DNA of 64,000 nt from the NCBI GenBank assembly GCA_965232175.1, contig CBDDOW010000006.1:1315764-1379763 (forward strand), in the 5' to 3' direction. Source of the stretch: Nitrospirales bacterium. Its GTDB lineage: Bacteria; Nitrospirota; Nitrospiria; Nitrospirales; UBA8639. The position numbers and the translations under genes were made by a program. The notes below the pieces were generated by a model, which saw only the letters and a list, made by a program, of their open reading frames with translations, ran no database searches and had not been told where the DNA came from. Shown piece after piece: positions 35,150 to 45,072 of this stretch (the first letter of the stretch is position 1; each line of letters begins with the position of its first letter).

Positions 35150-35545
35150 CTGCTTGATACGAAAAAAGCCTCTTCCTTCCGTCATCCCCGACTTGATCGG
35201 GGATCCCGTGTCTTTGCTTTCTTCGTGCGGGGTTTCGCCCCCGCACGACGAGGTCCTTTTGTTTCGGCAAAAGGACCCAAAACCATTGGCGCCCGGGCGT
35301 GGCCCCAGGGGTGCCTTTGCCCCAGTCCCGCTTGCGTGGGCTGCGGAACTCGCTTCGCTCAGACAGTCCTCGCCCCCAAATAGAATTTTCGGGACTGCGG
35401 CGCAGCCACGCCCGAAGGCGCCGGGAGGTGGCGCGTTCTTCCAAGTGGCCATTCCGAGTCAGGGTAGGTCGGGTTAGCGCAGCGTAACCCGGCAACGAGG
35501 CTAAAGAGGTGTTGGTCTGCGGTGTCAAGTCCGGTTTGAGCAAAC
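35150..35545. repeat. REP-like intergenic repeat mosaic
   Basis: It shares cttccgtcatccccgacttgatcggggatcc with 1120-1160. It also contains the gtcgggttagcgcagcgtaacccggc palindrome. Confidence 0.6.
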
Positions 35546-35637
35546 ACGTCCGGATCTGACGGAAAATTACAGGGATGACAGATGGGAAGGGAGGGAAGGG
35601 TCAGCGAATGAATGTGCGTCTTTACACGGACGACACC

Positions 35638-36042
35638 TTAGAGCAGTTTGACGAGCGCAACAATCAGCGTGCTTTGGGCAATCATCGCCATCACAATCCA
35701 TTTCAGCAGGTCCACTTTGGAGGATTCAATTTTGGCTACCATGTTCGACCTGACCACCTCAATTTTGGCTTCAAGCTCGGTCTTGACCGTTTCAATTTTG
35801 GCTTCAAGCTCGGCCTTGACCGTTTCAATTTTGGCTTCAAGCTCGGCCTTGACCGTCTCAAGGTTCGCCTTAACCGTTTCAAGATCCGCCTTGATCGCTT
35901 GAATATCGACCTTGGTGGCCAGGTTGCTGTTGAGCAGTTGGACCTGTTCCTTTGCAAGGGCCTCGGCCTGTTGTTCCGTAAAGCCGCTTTCGGTCAGATT
36001 CTTGACAAATCGATGGGTATCAAAGGCGATCGCTTCATTCAT
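35638..36042 (-). CDS. DUF1640 coiled-coil protein with C-terminal TM segment
   Basis: FDTHRFVKNLTESGFTEQQAEALAKEQ. It has 11-aa repeats ETVKAELEAKI encoded by a 33-nt tandem repeat at 35760-35858. Confidence 0.6.
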   Translation of the reverse strand: MNEAIAFDTHRFVKNLTESGFTEQQAEALAKEQVQLLNSNLATKVDIQAIKADLETVKANLETVKAELEAKIETVKAELEAKIETVKTELEAKIEVVRSNMVAKIESSKVDLLKWIVMAMIAQSTLIVALVKLL

Positions 36043-36160
36043 GCCATGATTCTAGTCCGCGACATGAGCAAATGCAATGCCTCCATCCCTTGTGGTCCCT
36101 GGAATGGGTTCGTAAAGGAGGCGCGGAACGTTCCCTGTCCTTCGGGGAAGGCGGTCAACG

Positions 36161-37150
36161 TCAATCGGCATGATGCGACGCGAGGGACGCGCACATGTTG
36201 GCCAAATGCCGGCGGAGTTTGGCGGGCCGCTCGACGGTGACGCTTTCCCCCCACGTGATCAGGTGCCAGCACATCTCGTTGATGCCGCCCGCCTTGAACC
36301 GCACGGTCAGTGATTGGTCCTTGTTCTTGACGGTGGTCTGGTTGGGATGGAAGAGGAACGTCCCGGCATCCGGCGCCGCACCGGCGTCGAAGCGCAGGAC
36401 GACGTTCAAGGCTTCTTCCTGGAAAACGCCGAACGAACGCCTCGCATACGCGCGGAGATCGAAATCCTGGTCGCGGGTGAATGTCTCATCGGTCATCTCC
36501 GGTTGGCTCATGTTCGAGAGACGCCAGAGCCGCATATCGTGGCCGCGATCGGTTCGGCCCACCAGGAACGCGCGGTTCCCGTAGAGCAGGCCGTAAGGCT
36601 GGACGCGCCGGGGACTTTGCCGGCCCGTGGATTGTGCGCGATAGCGGAACGTCACCACGCGGCAGGCCTTGAGGGCCTCGCGCAGGAGCGCCAGCAGGCC
36701 CTCGGCAAGTCGGGGGCGTGGTCCCGGACGCATGGCCAGGCCCTCGGCCTCCATGAGCGCTTCCCAATCGGTCTCAAGCTTGCGCAGCGATTGGTCGGAC
36801 AACGTGGCCCGAAACTTGGCGGCCAGGTCGCGCAACAGGGTTGCCCGCTCCCCCAGGCCCGCGCGTTCCAACGTCTCGGCCGCGGATGACAGTTCCGTCA
36901 AGTCCTCGGGTGACACGGATACGAACCGCTGCAACGCGGGGGACTGCAACCGCCAATACCGTTTCCGTTCGTCCCTGTTCTCCACCGGGGTCAGCGGTCC
37001 GAAGGCTTCATCCACCGCGTCGCGCAGGCGCTCCGCCGTTCGCCGGCTGATGGCGAATTCTGTCCGGATATCGTCGAGGGTCATGCCGCCCTTTGAGCCT
37101 TGCAGGCGCATGGCTAATCGCACAATGTCTTTTGCGCGTTCGAAGCGCAT
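36161..37150 (-). CDS. HTH + WYL domain transcriptional regulator
   Basis: N-terminal HTH (MTLDDIRTEFAISRRTAERLRDAV). The WYL-type core is VTFRYRAQSTGRQSPRRVQPYGLLYGNRAFLVG. ATG at 37150. Confidence 0.7.
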   Translation of the reverse strand: MRFERAKDIVRLAMRLQGSKGGMTLDDIRTEFAISRRTAERLRDAVDEAFGPLTPVENRDERKRYWRLQSPALQRFVSVSPEDLTELSSAAETLERAGLGERATLLRDLAAKFRATLSDQSLRKLETDWEALMEAEGLAMRPGPRPRLAEGLLALLREALKACRVVTFRYRAQSTGRQSPRRVQPYGLLYGNRAFLVGRTDRGHDMRLWRLSNMSQPEMTDETFTRDQDFDLRAYARRSFGVFQEEALNVVLRFDAGAAPDAGTFLFHPNQTTVKNKDQSLTVRFKAGGINEMCWHLITWGESVTVERPAKLRRHLANMCASLASHHAD

Positions 37151-37480
37151 TGCGGTATCTCCTCTTGCGGGTCCCCTTCGACTTCGCTTCGCTACGCCTG
37201 TCCTGAGCCTGTCGAAGGGCTCAGGATGAACGGGTGCTTCTCCGGTCACCCTGAGCGTAAGGCGCCACGCGCCTGGAGTCGAAGGGCGCTCAGGACAAGC
37301 AGGACAAACAGGACGGACAGGACAGGCTTTAGCAGATGCGCCGGGGGGATGCAACGCCATGGAGGATGTCGCCATTTTGCACTTTCTTTCCCCCGCCGGT
37401 TCGCCTGTGGGCTGCGCCCCCTGCTTTCGCAGGGGCAGGCTCTTGGCTCACCGACTCTCCCTCAAGGAGGGAGTGATGGG

Positions 37481-39568
37481 TCAGGCCAGAAAGCCGCTCT
37501 TTCTGGCCTGATCGGGTTTGGCCTCGCACTCGGTGCGCAGCAGGCCGACGAGGGCCTGCGTCTCCTGTGCAAGGTCCAGCGCCTCGACGGCCCTGCGGAC
37601 GACGGCGAAATCGCCGGGCGTCAGGACCGTGAGACCCTCGAGTTCCTTGGGGGGCGTACAGTTGAAGAACGCGCGGAACATGGCCGCCGCCTGCTCGGTC
37701 GAGAGGTAGCCGAGCTTGATCTTGAACGTAAAGCGGCGCAAGGTGGCCGGGTCGAGTTTCTCGACGAGGTTGGTCGTGCAGGCAAAAGGTAGCCGGTGGC
37801 TTTCCATCCAGGTCAACATCTCGTTGACCTGACTGATCTCCCAGCCTCTCCGGGCCATACGCCGGTCGGCGAGCAACGAATCGGCTTCGTCAAACACGAG
37901 GAACGCCTCCTGGCTGCGTGCCTCGGCAAAAGTTCCGGCAATGTTCTTTTCCGTGCCCCCAACCCACATGGAAAGCAGATCGGATGCCCGTTTCTGCATG
38001 ATTTCCAAACCCAGGCGTTCGGCAAGATAGCGGACGAACGCGCTTTTGCCTGTGCCCGGCGGTCCCTGCAAGCAGAGCGAGAATCGTCGCTCGTCCTTTT
38101 TCACGAGCCGGTCGGCGAGACGGACCAGGTCTTGATCCGCTTGGATGAAGGCCGGGTCGAATCGTTCCGGCGGTCTTTGGGATGGCTTCTCACACGAAAG
38201 AACCCGCGACAGATTGCGTACGCCGTGGCGCACCGTATCCAGACCGCCACCGCCAAGCTTTGCCGCGGCCGTGGCTCCGGCCGCCACGCCCGGCGTGGCG
38301 TCGAACTCCGTGGCCAGGGAGAGCGCGTCGGTTGCATCCGCCTCGATGCCGTGACGCGAAAGTTGCCTGGTCCAGATCCGCGCCCTGACCCTGGGCGGCG
38401 GCATGCGCAGTTCCATGGCAAACATCATGCGGCGGAGGATACTGGAATCGATCTCGCCGGTGAGGTTCGTGGTCCACAGAGTGGGTGCGGCGTTCTCTTC
38501 GAGCAGCCGGTTCATGAACACTTTTGATTCGCCGTGACGGTGTCCGGGAGAACACCCCAAAAGGAACCCCAACCCGCCTGCGCGTGAGTCCGAAAGCAAG
38601 TCATCCATCTCGTCAAAGAGAAGCATTGACTTCCGGTCACGGCCAACCAGGCATTGGGCCAATTTCAACTCGTTCAGCCGCTCATCCCGGCTCGGTTCTT
38701 TTTTATCTTCGTCGGATTCGCCAATGCTGTAGAGCGTGGCTCCAAGCCTGTTGGCCAGCACCTTGCAGAACTCGGTTTTGCCGGTCCCGGGAGGGCCGTA
38801 CAAGAGCACGTTGACCCCTGCGGCACCGGCCAGAATGGCGCCTCTCAGCAACCCTTCGACGTGATCCCGGTCGCGTGCAAGGTGATCGAAATCCGGCCAA
38901 TCAAGGTCGCTCGGGGTTGTGGCGCCCAGCAACAGACGTGTCGGATCAAGGCCGGCATCGCCTGAGGTCACGGCCAGCCGGTGCAACCGGTCCATGAGGT
39001 TGACGTCTCCGTCACTATCGATGGAGAGCAGTCCCGACCGAAGGAGCGGTCCGTCGGGCTTGAAGCGGCTGCGGATCGAATCGACTGATCTGTCGAGGAG
39101 ATAACGCAGAAAGATCCCCTTGACGTTGAGCTTTGCCATCTTCCGCCGGCTCCTCATGTCGAACACGTCGTCGATCAGCGACTCGATGACCGGCTGTGTC
39201 TCGCAACGGAGCATGAAATTGAGAATATCCATGTCCATTGAAGAGAGCCCCGTCGTCTTTCCAAGACTCCGGATTCGCCGGGCCGTCACATCTTCAGGCG
39301 CGTTTTTTGTTGTGGATCGCTTGCCTTGGAGGATCCTGAGGAATGCCTGCCACTCCTGTTTGGACGGACCCGCTTTGCGCTCGTCCCTGAACGATCGGCG
39401 GCCTCGCAATGGGACCATGCCGTCGAGGTTCAGTTCGTCGGCGTTGCCGGCCACCCACTCGATGAGTTTCTCCGCCTCCTTGCTGGTGTGATGTAAGCGC
39501 GCGGCGGCATTCGCCAAATAGCCGTACATGAGATGTTGTTCGTAGGGGGTCGATGCGGGTATCAGCAT
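37481..39568 (-). CDS. AAA+ ATPase with two ATPase modules
   Basis: Walker A LLYGPPGTGKTEF with Walker B LLFDEMDDL. Second module is LQGPPGTGKSAF with LVFDEADSLL. The ~260-aa N-terminal region is of unknown function. Confidence 0.75.
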   Translation of the reverse strand: MLIPASTPYEQHLMYGYLANAAARLHHTSKEAEKLIEWVAGNADELNLDGMVPLRGRRSFRDERKAGPSKQEWQAFLRILQGKRSTTKNAPEDVTARRIRSLGKTTGLSSMDMDILNFMLRCETQPVIESLIDDVFDMRSRRKMAKLNVKGIFLRYLLDRSVDSIRSRFKPDGPLLRSGLLSIDSDGDVNLMDRLHRLAVTSGDAGLDPTRLLLGATTPSDLDWPDFDHLARDRDHVEGLLRGAILAGAAGVNVLLYGPPGTGKTEFCKVLANRLGATLYSIGESDEDKKEPSRDERLNELKLAQCLVGRDRKSMLLFDEMDDLLSDSRAGGLGFLLGCSPGHRHGESKVFMNRLLEENAAPTLWTTNLTGEIDSSILRRMMFAMELRMPPPRVRARIWTRQLSRHGIEADATDALSLATEFDATPGVAAGATAAAKLGGGGLDTVRHGVRNLSRVLSCEKPSQRPPERFDPAFIQADQDLVRLADRLVKKDERRFSLCLQGPPGTGKSAFVRYLAERLGLEIMQKRASDLLSMWVGGTEKNIAGTFAEARSQEAFLVFDEADSLLADRRMARRGWEISQVNEMLTWMESHRLPFACTTNLVEKLDPATLRRFTFKIKLGYLSTEQAAAMFRAFFNCTPPKELEGLTVLTPGDFAVVRRAVEALDLAQETQALVGLLRTECEAKPDQARKSGFLA

Positions 39569-39730
39569 GTCGCGTCCTTTCGTTCAGGTTTTTCGTGAGA
39601 CGTTGCCACCCTACCACGTGCCTGCGTCAGATTCGGACGCAGTGAAAACCGTCCGGGCGGGGAGCGCCGATCGGTGTGCCCCGCGATCCGGGCGTTTCCG
39701 GTGGACAATCGTGCGAACCCGCTGTTAGAC

Positions 39731-39880
39731 TTCCGGAACCTCTGCTTTGTTGCGCTATCGGGCGCATGGCGGCGTTGTGTCCTCGCTCAACCCTCGCCTA
39801 TCTAGGTTGATAAGCCTCGGGTTTCGCTGCGGGACGTCTTGCCCTGCATCCCGCTACCACAAAAATCAGAGGTTCCTCTT
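39731..39880 (-). mobile_element. MITE-like ~150-nt element, copy 2 (inverted)
   Basis: Reverse complement of the 17470-17614 core. It has flanking inverted gaacctctg...tagcggg termini. Confidence 0.75.
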
Positions 39881-39896
39881 GATTCTTAGGTATCCC

Positions 39897-41111
39897 ATGC
39901 AATTCCATGTAGCCATAGCGCGTGAGTCGGGCGCAGACCAGGCGGCGCAGGCGTTGATCGCATCCGTCCGGGAGGCGTTCGGCCGGGTTTCTCCCGATCT
40001 GGTCTGTCTGTTTTTTTCGCCGCATTATGCGAATGCCTCGGGCGAATTGGTCGAGACGCTCCAGCGGGAACTGGCCCCTCGCGTGATGGTCGGCTGCATG
40101 GGCGAAAGCGTGATCGGGTCGTCCGAGGAATACGAACATGCCTCGGTGGTGACCTTATGGGCGGCACAGTTGCCCGGGGTCCGGGTGGTCCCCCTTCATT
40201 TGACGTTCCATGAAAAGGAACCCGCTTCTGCTGTTTCCGGGTCACAGCCCGGGACAGGCCTTGAGGGATGGCCGCAGGAATTGGACTCGCTGTCGGACCG
40301 GCCGACGTTCCTGGTGTTTGCCGATCCCTTTTCGACGCCGATCGAAGACGTGTTTGAGCTAATGGAGGAACGCTGCCCGGGCGCCCCTGCGATCGGGGGC
40401 ATTGCGAGCGGAGGGACGGATCTGGGTGAAAACCGGTTGGTCCTCAATGGCAGGATCGTGGAGCACGGCCTCGTTGGGGTCGCGTTGTGGGGACCGGTGT
40501 GGATTCGGACCCTGGTGTCCCAGGGCTGCCAACCCATCGGGGAACGTTACGTCGTGACCAAGGCCGAACGAAACATCATGTATGAGTTGGGCGGCGTGCC
40601 GACCCTGGAACGTCTTCAGGAGACGCTCCAACGCCTGGGCCCGGAACGGGGGAAACAGGTTGCCATGTCGGTGCAGGTCGGCGTGGCGTTTGATGAGCAA
40701 CGCGAGCGGTTTGATCGGGGAGATTTTCTCATTCGCGGGTTGCTGGGGGCGGACCAACGATCCGGGGGCGTGGCGATTTCCGATATTGTGCGGGAAGGAC
40801 AGACGGTTCAATTTCACGTGAGGGACCCGATGGCCGCCAGTGAAGAGTTCAATCTGTTGCTGGCTCAGGATCGCCGGAATCATCCGAATGCTCCATTCAA
40901 GGGGGCTTTGTTGTTCAGTTGCAACGGCCGTGGCCGGCGATTCTTCGCCGAACCGAACCATGATATTTCGGCCCTCCGGCGGCAGGCCGACGGGATTCCG
41001 GTCGCGGGGTTTTTTGCCGCCGGAGAAATCGGGCCGGTGGGCGGGAAAAATTTTATTCACGGGTATACCGCGAGCGTGGCGTTATTTGCCGAGCCGTTCT
41101 CAGAAACATAG
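39897..41111 (+). CDS. FIST N/C domain signal-transduction protein
   Basis: The architecture and the C-terminal GALLFSCNGRGRRFF...GFFAAGEIGPV are typical of FIST_C. Confidence 0.65.
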   Translation: MQFHVAIARESGADQAAQALIASVREAFGRVSPDLVCLFFSPHYANASGELVETLQRELAPRVMVGCMGESVIGSSEEYEHASVVTLWAAQLPGVRVVPLHLTFHEKEPASAVSGSQPGTGLEGWPQELDSLSDRPTFLVFADPFSTPIEDVFELMEERCPGAPAIGGIASGGTDLGENRLVLNGRIVEHGLVGVALWGPVWIRTLVSQGCQPIGERYVVTKAERNIMYELGGVPTLERLQETLQRLGPERGKQVAMSVQVGVAFDEQRERFDRGDFLIRGLLGADQRSGGVAISDIVREGQTVQFHVRDPMAASEEFNLLLAQDRRNHPNAPFKGALLFSCNGRGRRFFAEPNHDISALRRQADGIPVAGFFAAGEIGPVGGKNFIHGYTASVALFAEPFSET

Positions 41112-41219
41112 ATTCTCCCCAAAGGCCGTAGAGATGAGCTGGTTCCCAACCTGAACGAGGCTTTGGGACCAGGCTGCGACTTCGCGCGATCCTCAGCGAA
41201 ACGAAAGGAACGAAAGCCA

Positions 41220-41657
41220 ATGCCGTTCAAAAATCTCAGAACATGGGTATGGGTCGTCGTGACGGGCGGATTGTTTGTTCTGCAAGGACCGGGCGCGGTT
41301 CTCGGAGCCGAACCGGAACCCACCACGACGTCGTCCGGGCTGCAATACGTGGACCTGGTGACGGGCGATGGTCGAGAGGCTCACGTGGGAGAGACCGCGT
41401 TCGTCCATTATACGGGGTGGCTGGAAGATGGAACGAAATTTGACAGTTCGGTGGATCGCGGGGAGCCGTTTTCTTTCCGGTTGGGCGCCGGTCGCGTCAT
41501 CAAAGGCTGGGATGAAGGGGTCGTGGGCATGCGAATCGGAACGAAACGCAAGTTGATCATTCCGCCTCAGCTCGGATACGGCAGTCGCGGCGCGGGGCGC
41601 ATCATTCCGCCGAACGCCACGCTGATTTTTGAAGTGGAGCTGCTGGATCTCCGGTAA
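41220..41657 (+). CDS. FKBP-type peptidyl-prolyl cis-trans isomerase (secreted)
   Basis: [60 protein letters not shown]....[14 protein letters not shown]. Confidence 0.9.
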   Translation: MPFKNLRTWVWVVVTGGLFVLQGPGAVLGAEPEPTTTSSGLQYVDLVTGDGREAHVGETAFVHYTGWLEDGTKFDSSVDRGEPFSFRLGAGRVIKGWDEGVVGMRIGTKRKLIIPPQLGYGSRGAGRIIPPNATLIFEVELLDLR

Positions 41658-41659
41658 AC

Positions 41660-42766
41660 ATGATGAAACAGACTCCCCTGCATGAAGCCCACGTGGCCCG
41701 GAAGGCCAAAATCGTGGATTTTGCCGGCTGGGCCATGCCCCTTCAGTATTCCGGCGTCCTCGATGAGTATCATGCGGTCCGCGCCGCGGCGGGCCTGTTT
41801 GACGTGAGTCACATGGGGCGCCTGCACGTCGAGGGCCCCGGAGCCCTGCCGTTCCTTCAGCGCGTGACCACCAACGACGTGCAACGAGTCGAGCCGATGG
41901 GGGCTCAGTACTCGATGGTGTGCAATCCCGACGGGGGCGTCAAAGATGATATTTTCCTGTACCGGTTGGGCGCGGAGGAATTTCTCCTGTGCGTGAATGC
42001 ATCGAATCTCGACAAGATCAGGGATTGGCTGTTCCAACAGCAGGGCGAAGAACCGGAGCGGCTTCGCCTCAACGATCAATCGGAAGAGCTGGCCCAACTG
42101 GCCCTGCAGGGGCCTGCCTCAAAGTCGGTGTTGCAGGCGCACGTGGCATCATCGCTCGATGGGCTGAAGCCGCGACGCTGTCTGCGAGAGACGGTCGGCG
42201 ACGTCGAATGTCTGATTACGCGGACCGGCTATACCGGAGAACTCGGGTATGAATTGTACGTGCCGGCGACGCAGGTTGCCCGCGTGTGGGATCGGTTGCT
42301 GCAAGCCGGGGAGGCATGCGGCGTGCAGCCCGTGGGATTGGGCGCGCGGGATCTGTTGCGGCTCGACATGGGGTATTTGTTGTACGGCAACGACCTGACC
42401 GAAACGATCACGCCTATTGAGGCCAGCGCCAAATGGGTCGTGAGTTTGACCAAGGGCGCCTTCATCGGCGAGCCCGTTCTCAAACGACAACTGGAAGAGG
42501 GGCCGTCACGACGCCTGGCGGCCTTCGAATTATTGGAAAAAGCCGTGCCCCGTCACGATATGCGATTGCTCGTTCAGGATAAACCAATCGGCACGGTGAC
42601 CAGCGGAAACCTGTCGCCCATCCTGCAGAAAGGCATAGGCCTGGGATACGTGGACCCCGCCTGTGCCGAGGCCGGTACGGCCTTCGACGTCGAGATTCGA
42701 GGCCGGCGCGTGCCCGCCCGGGTGGTGGCGCTTCCCTTTTATAAAAAGCCCAAGCCGCCGGCGTGA
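41660..42766 (+). CDS. gcvT: glycine cleavage system aminomethyltransferase T
   Basis: TPLHEAHVARKAKIVDFAGWAMPLQYSGVLDEYHAVRAAAGLFDVSHMGRL...RTGYTGELGYELY. Confidence 0.9.
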   Translation: MMKQTPLHEAHVARKAKIVDFAGWAMPLQYSGVLDEYHAVRAAAGLFDVSHMGRLHVEGPGALPFLQRVTTNDVQRVEPMGAQYSMVCNPDGGVKDDIFLYRLGAEEFLLCVNASNLDKIRDWLFQQQGEEPERLRLNDQSEELAQLALQGPASKSVLQAHVASSLDGLKPRRCLRETVGDVECLITRTGYTGELGYELYVPATQVARVWDRLLQAGEACGVQPVGLGARDLLRLDMGYLLYGNDLTETITPIEASAKWVVSLTKGAFIGEPVLKRQLEEGPSRRLAAFELLEKAVPRHDMRLLVQDKPIGTVTSGNLSPILQKGIGLGYVDPACAEAGTAFDVEIRGRRVPARVVALPFYKKPKPPA

Positions 42767-42805
42767 GCGCCCTCTGTGCCCCATGAATGCGGGGCGTGGT
42801 TCACG

Positions 42806-43307
42806 ATGAAGACCCCGATCTATAAGGGAAAAATCATCGATCTGTCCGTGGAGACGGTGACGCTGCCGAACGGGGCCACGGCTGACCTTGAGGTCATCAC
42901 CCATCCCGGAGCCGCGGCGGTCGTGCCGATGAAAGACGACCGGACGGTAATCATGGTCCGGCAATATCGTTATGCCGTGGGCGGCTTCATCCATGAAATT
43001 CCCGCGGGCAAGCTGCATCCCGGCGAGGACCCCGGGGATTGCGCGATTCGGGAAGTGGAAGAAGAGACCGGCTACAAGGTGGGGCGGTTGGAGCCGCTCC
43101 TGAGCTTCTTGACCACGCCGGGTTTTACCAACGAGATCATTCACATTTTCGTGGGGACGGACCTTTCTCCGGGCACGCAAAACCTGGGCGCGGAGAATCA
43201 TCGTCGAAATGCCGCTTGCCCAAGCCGTCGGGCATATTGACGGCGCAATCAAAGACGCCAAGACCATCATCGGCCTCCAGGCGGTGTGGCTCAAGATGAA
43301 AAATTAA
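42806..43307 (+). pseudogene. NUDIX (ADP-ribose pyrophosphatase-like) hydrolase with apparent +1 frameshift near 43196
   Basis: The NUDIX box is GKLHPGEDPGDCAIREVEEETGY. The conserved C-terminus IIVEMPLAQAVGHIDGAIKDAKTIIGLQAVWLKMKN lies in another frame (43197-43307). Confidence 0.6.
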
Positions 43308-43375
43308 GCTGATTTTTCATGCGCGCACGGAGGCATCCATCGTTGACCGCGAAGGATGGCCCTTGTAAACTGAAC

Positions 43376-43603
43376 ATGTCTTATCGCGAACGCATCACGA
43401 TAGAACCGGGGAAACGAGGGGGGAAACCTTGTATTCGAGGCTTCCGGATCACCGTCTATGACGTACTCGAATATCTTGCCGCCGGCATGACAGAGCAACA
43501 AATTCTCGCTGATTTTCCTGATCTTGAGCCTGAAGATATCAAGGCCTGCCTGGCCTTTGCTGCCGACCGAGAACGGAAATTCGTGTCGGTGCCTTCCGAG
43601 TGA
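43376..43603 (+). CDS. DUF433 antitoxin-like protein
   Basis: ITIEPGKRGGKPCIRGFRITVYDVLEYLAAGMTEQQILADFPDLEPEDIKACLAFA. Confidence 0.75.
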   Translation: MSYRERITIEPGKRGGKPCIRGFRITVYDVLEYLAAGMTEQQILADFPDLEPEDIKACLAFAADRERKFVSVPSE

Positions 43604-43927
43604 AGTTCCTCTTTGACGAAAATCTCTCACCGCGTCTTGTTGGTCTTCTTGCGACCATGTTTCTGGCTCCACTCATGTTCGCACGTGGGTCTGGCTCAAG
43701 CTGACGATGACGCGGTCTGGTCTTATGCCAAAGACCATGGATTTGTCATCGTATCCAAAGATGCGGATTTTCGCCAAATGAGTTTTATGTCAGGATTTCC
43801 TCCTAAAGTGATTTGGATCCAACGAGGGAATTGCACCACTATGGATGTCATGATCCTCCTTCAAAGTCATCATTCTGATCTTCATGATTTCGAAGACAAT
43901 GCAGCAGCCTTTCTTGAATTGAGGTAA
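43600..43927 (+). pseudogene. DUF5615 (PIN-like) toxin-like protein, apparently frameshifted near 43655-43665
   Basis: The conserved N-terminus VKFLFDENLSPRLVGLL starts at GTG 43600 and overlaps the DUF433 stop codon. The rest (HVGLAQADDDAVWSYAKDHGFVIVSKDADF...PPKVIWIQRGNCTT) lies in the +1 frame. Confidence 0.55.
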
Positions 43928-44025
43928 AGCCTCTTTGCAGGCTTTGGCAAGCTCGACCTTCGCTTACTGAGAGAGCGTCTTCCCCGTGCGTCGACGCGTA
44001 TCGCATCTGACACTCTAAAAAATCC

Positions 44026-45018
44026 CTACCCCAACAGAAACCCGTCCTTTAATGGATCGTCCGGATCGATCATGAATTCGTGACGACCCGTGAGGTAGGC
44101 GCGACCCTCGACTTCCGGAATAATCGCCGGGTAGGAGCCCAGTTGCGTTTCCTCCACAATGGTCCCTCCGAACGACGTGCCCACAAGGCTTTCAACCCGT
44201 ATGGGTTGTCCCAATCCCAGATCTCCTTTGGCATGGAGCAGCGCCAGATGCGCGCTGACGCCCGTGCCCGTCGGCGAGCGATCCAGGGCGCCGTTGGCAA
44301 AGACACACGCATGCCGCAGGTCTCCTGCCCGCGGAGCGCCGACAAAGATCGTGCCGTAGAGATAGCCGAGTTCGGGCTCCACGGGATGGGCAATGGGGCG
44401 TTCGGCCATGATGGCCTGTTTGATGGCGAGCCCCAAGGCCTGGAGTCGGGGCGCCTGTTCCGGCTCGAGGGCGAGCCCCAGCGCGTCCGCGCGGCAAAAG
44501 GCATAGAATGCCCCGCCAAAGGCCAGATCATAGGTCACCGGGCCGATGCCCGGCACCCGGACCGTCTGCTCCACGTCAAGCACAAAGGAGGGCACGTTGA
44601 GAAACGCGACGCTCCGCACCCGGCCTTCATGAATCGAGGCCGTGGCCGTCACCAGGCCGCTGGGGGTGTCGAACCGGATTGTGGTGGACGGCGCGGCAAG
44701 CCGAAACAATCCCTGTTCCAGCATGACGGTGGCGAGCCCGATGATGCCGTGCCCGCACATCGTGCTGTAGCCGTCATTATGAAAAAACAGCACGCCGGTA
44801 TCGGCCTGCGGGTGTGCGGGGGCCACCAGCAGGCATCCGTACATGTCGTGGTGGCCTCGCGGTTCCCACACGAGCGCCGTGCGAAGATGATCCAGGTGTG
44901 TCCGGCAATACCGGCGTTTTTCCAGGATGGTGGAACCGGCGGGCTCGGGAAATCCCGACGTCACCACGCGAAGCGCTTCGCCGGCAACGTGACAGTCAAG
45001 GGTGGTGAGAATGCGCAT
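44026..45018 (-). CDS. proline racemase family protein, Cys/Thr type (trans-3-hydroxy-L-proline dehydratase-like)
   Basis: DCHVAGEALRVV, the first catalytic site STMCGHG, and the second site DRSPTGTG (Thr instead of Cys). Confidence 0.7.
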   Translation of the reverse strand: MRILTTLDCHVAGEALRVVTSGFPEPAGSTILEKRRYCRTHLDHLRTALVWEPRGHHDMYGCLLVAPAHPQADTGVLFFHNDGYSTMCGHGIIGLATVMLEQGLFRLAAPSTTIRFDTPSGLVTATASIHEGRVRSVAFLNVPSFVLDVEQTVRVPGIGPVTYDLAFGGAFYAFCRADALGLALEPEQAPRLQALGLAIKQAIMAERPIAHPVEPELGYLYGTIFVGAPRAGDLRHACVFANGALDRSPTGTGVSAHLALLHAKGDLGLGQPIRVESLVGTSFGGTIVEETQLGSYPAIIPEVEGRAYLTGRHEFMIDPDDPLKDGFLLG

Positions 45019-45072
45019 GGAGAACGTGACTGCCGTGACGAGGAGCCGTCCCGGAAAACCAATCAGCCCTCG

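Noticed and set aside
35760-35858. 33-nt tandem repeat (three units), considered as a CRISPR-like or other non-coding repeat
   Set aside because: The units are contiguous with no spacers. They lie in frame inside the DUF1640 gene and encode the coiled-coil repeat ETVKAELEAKI.
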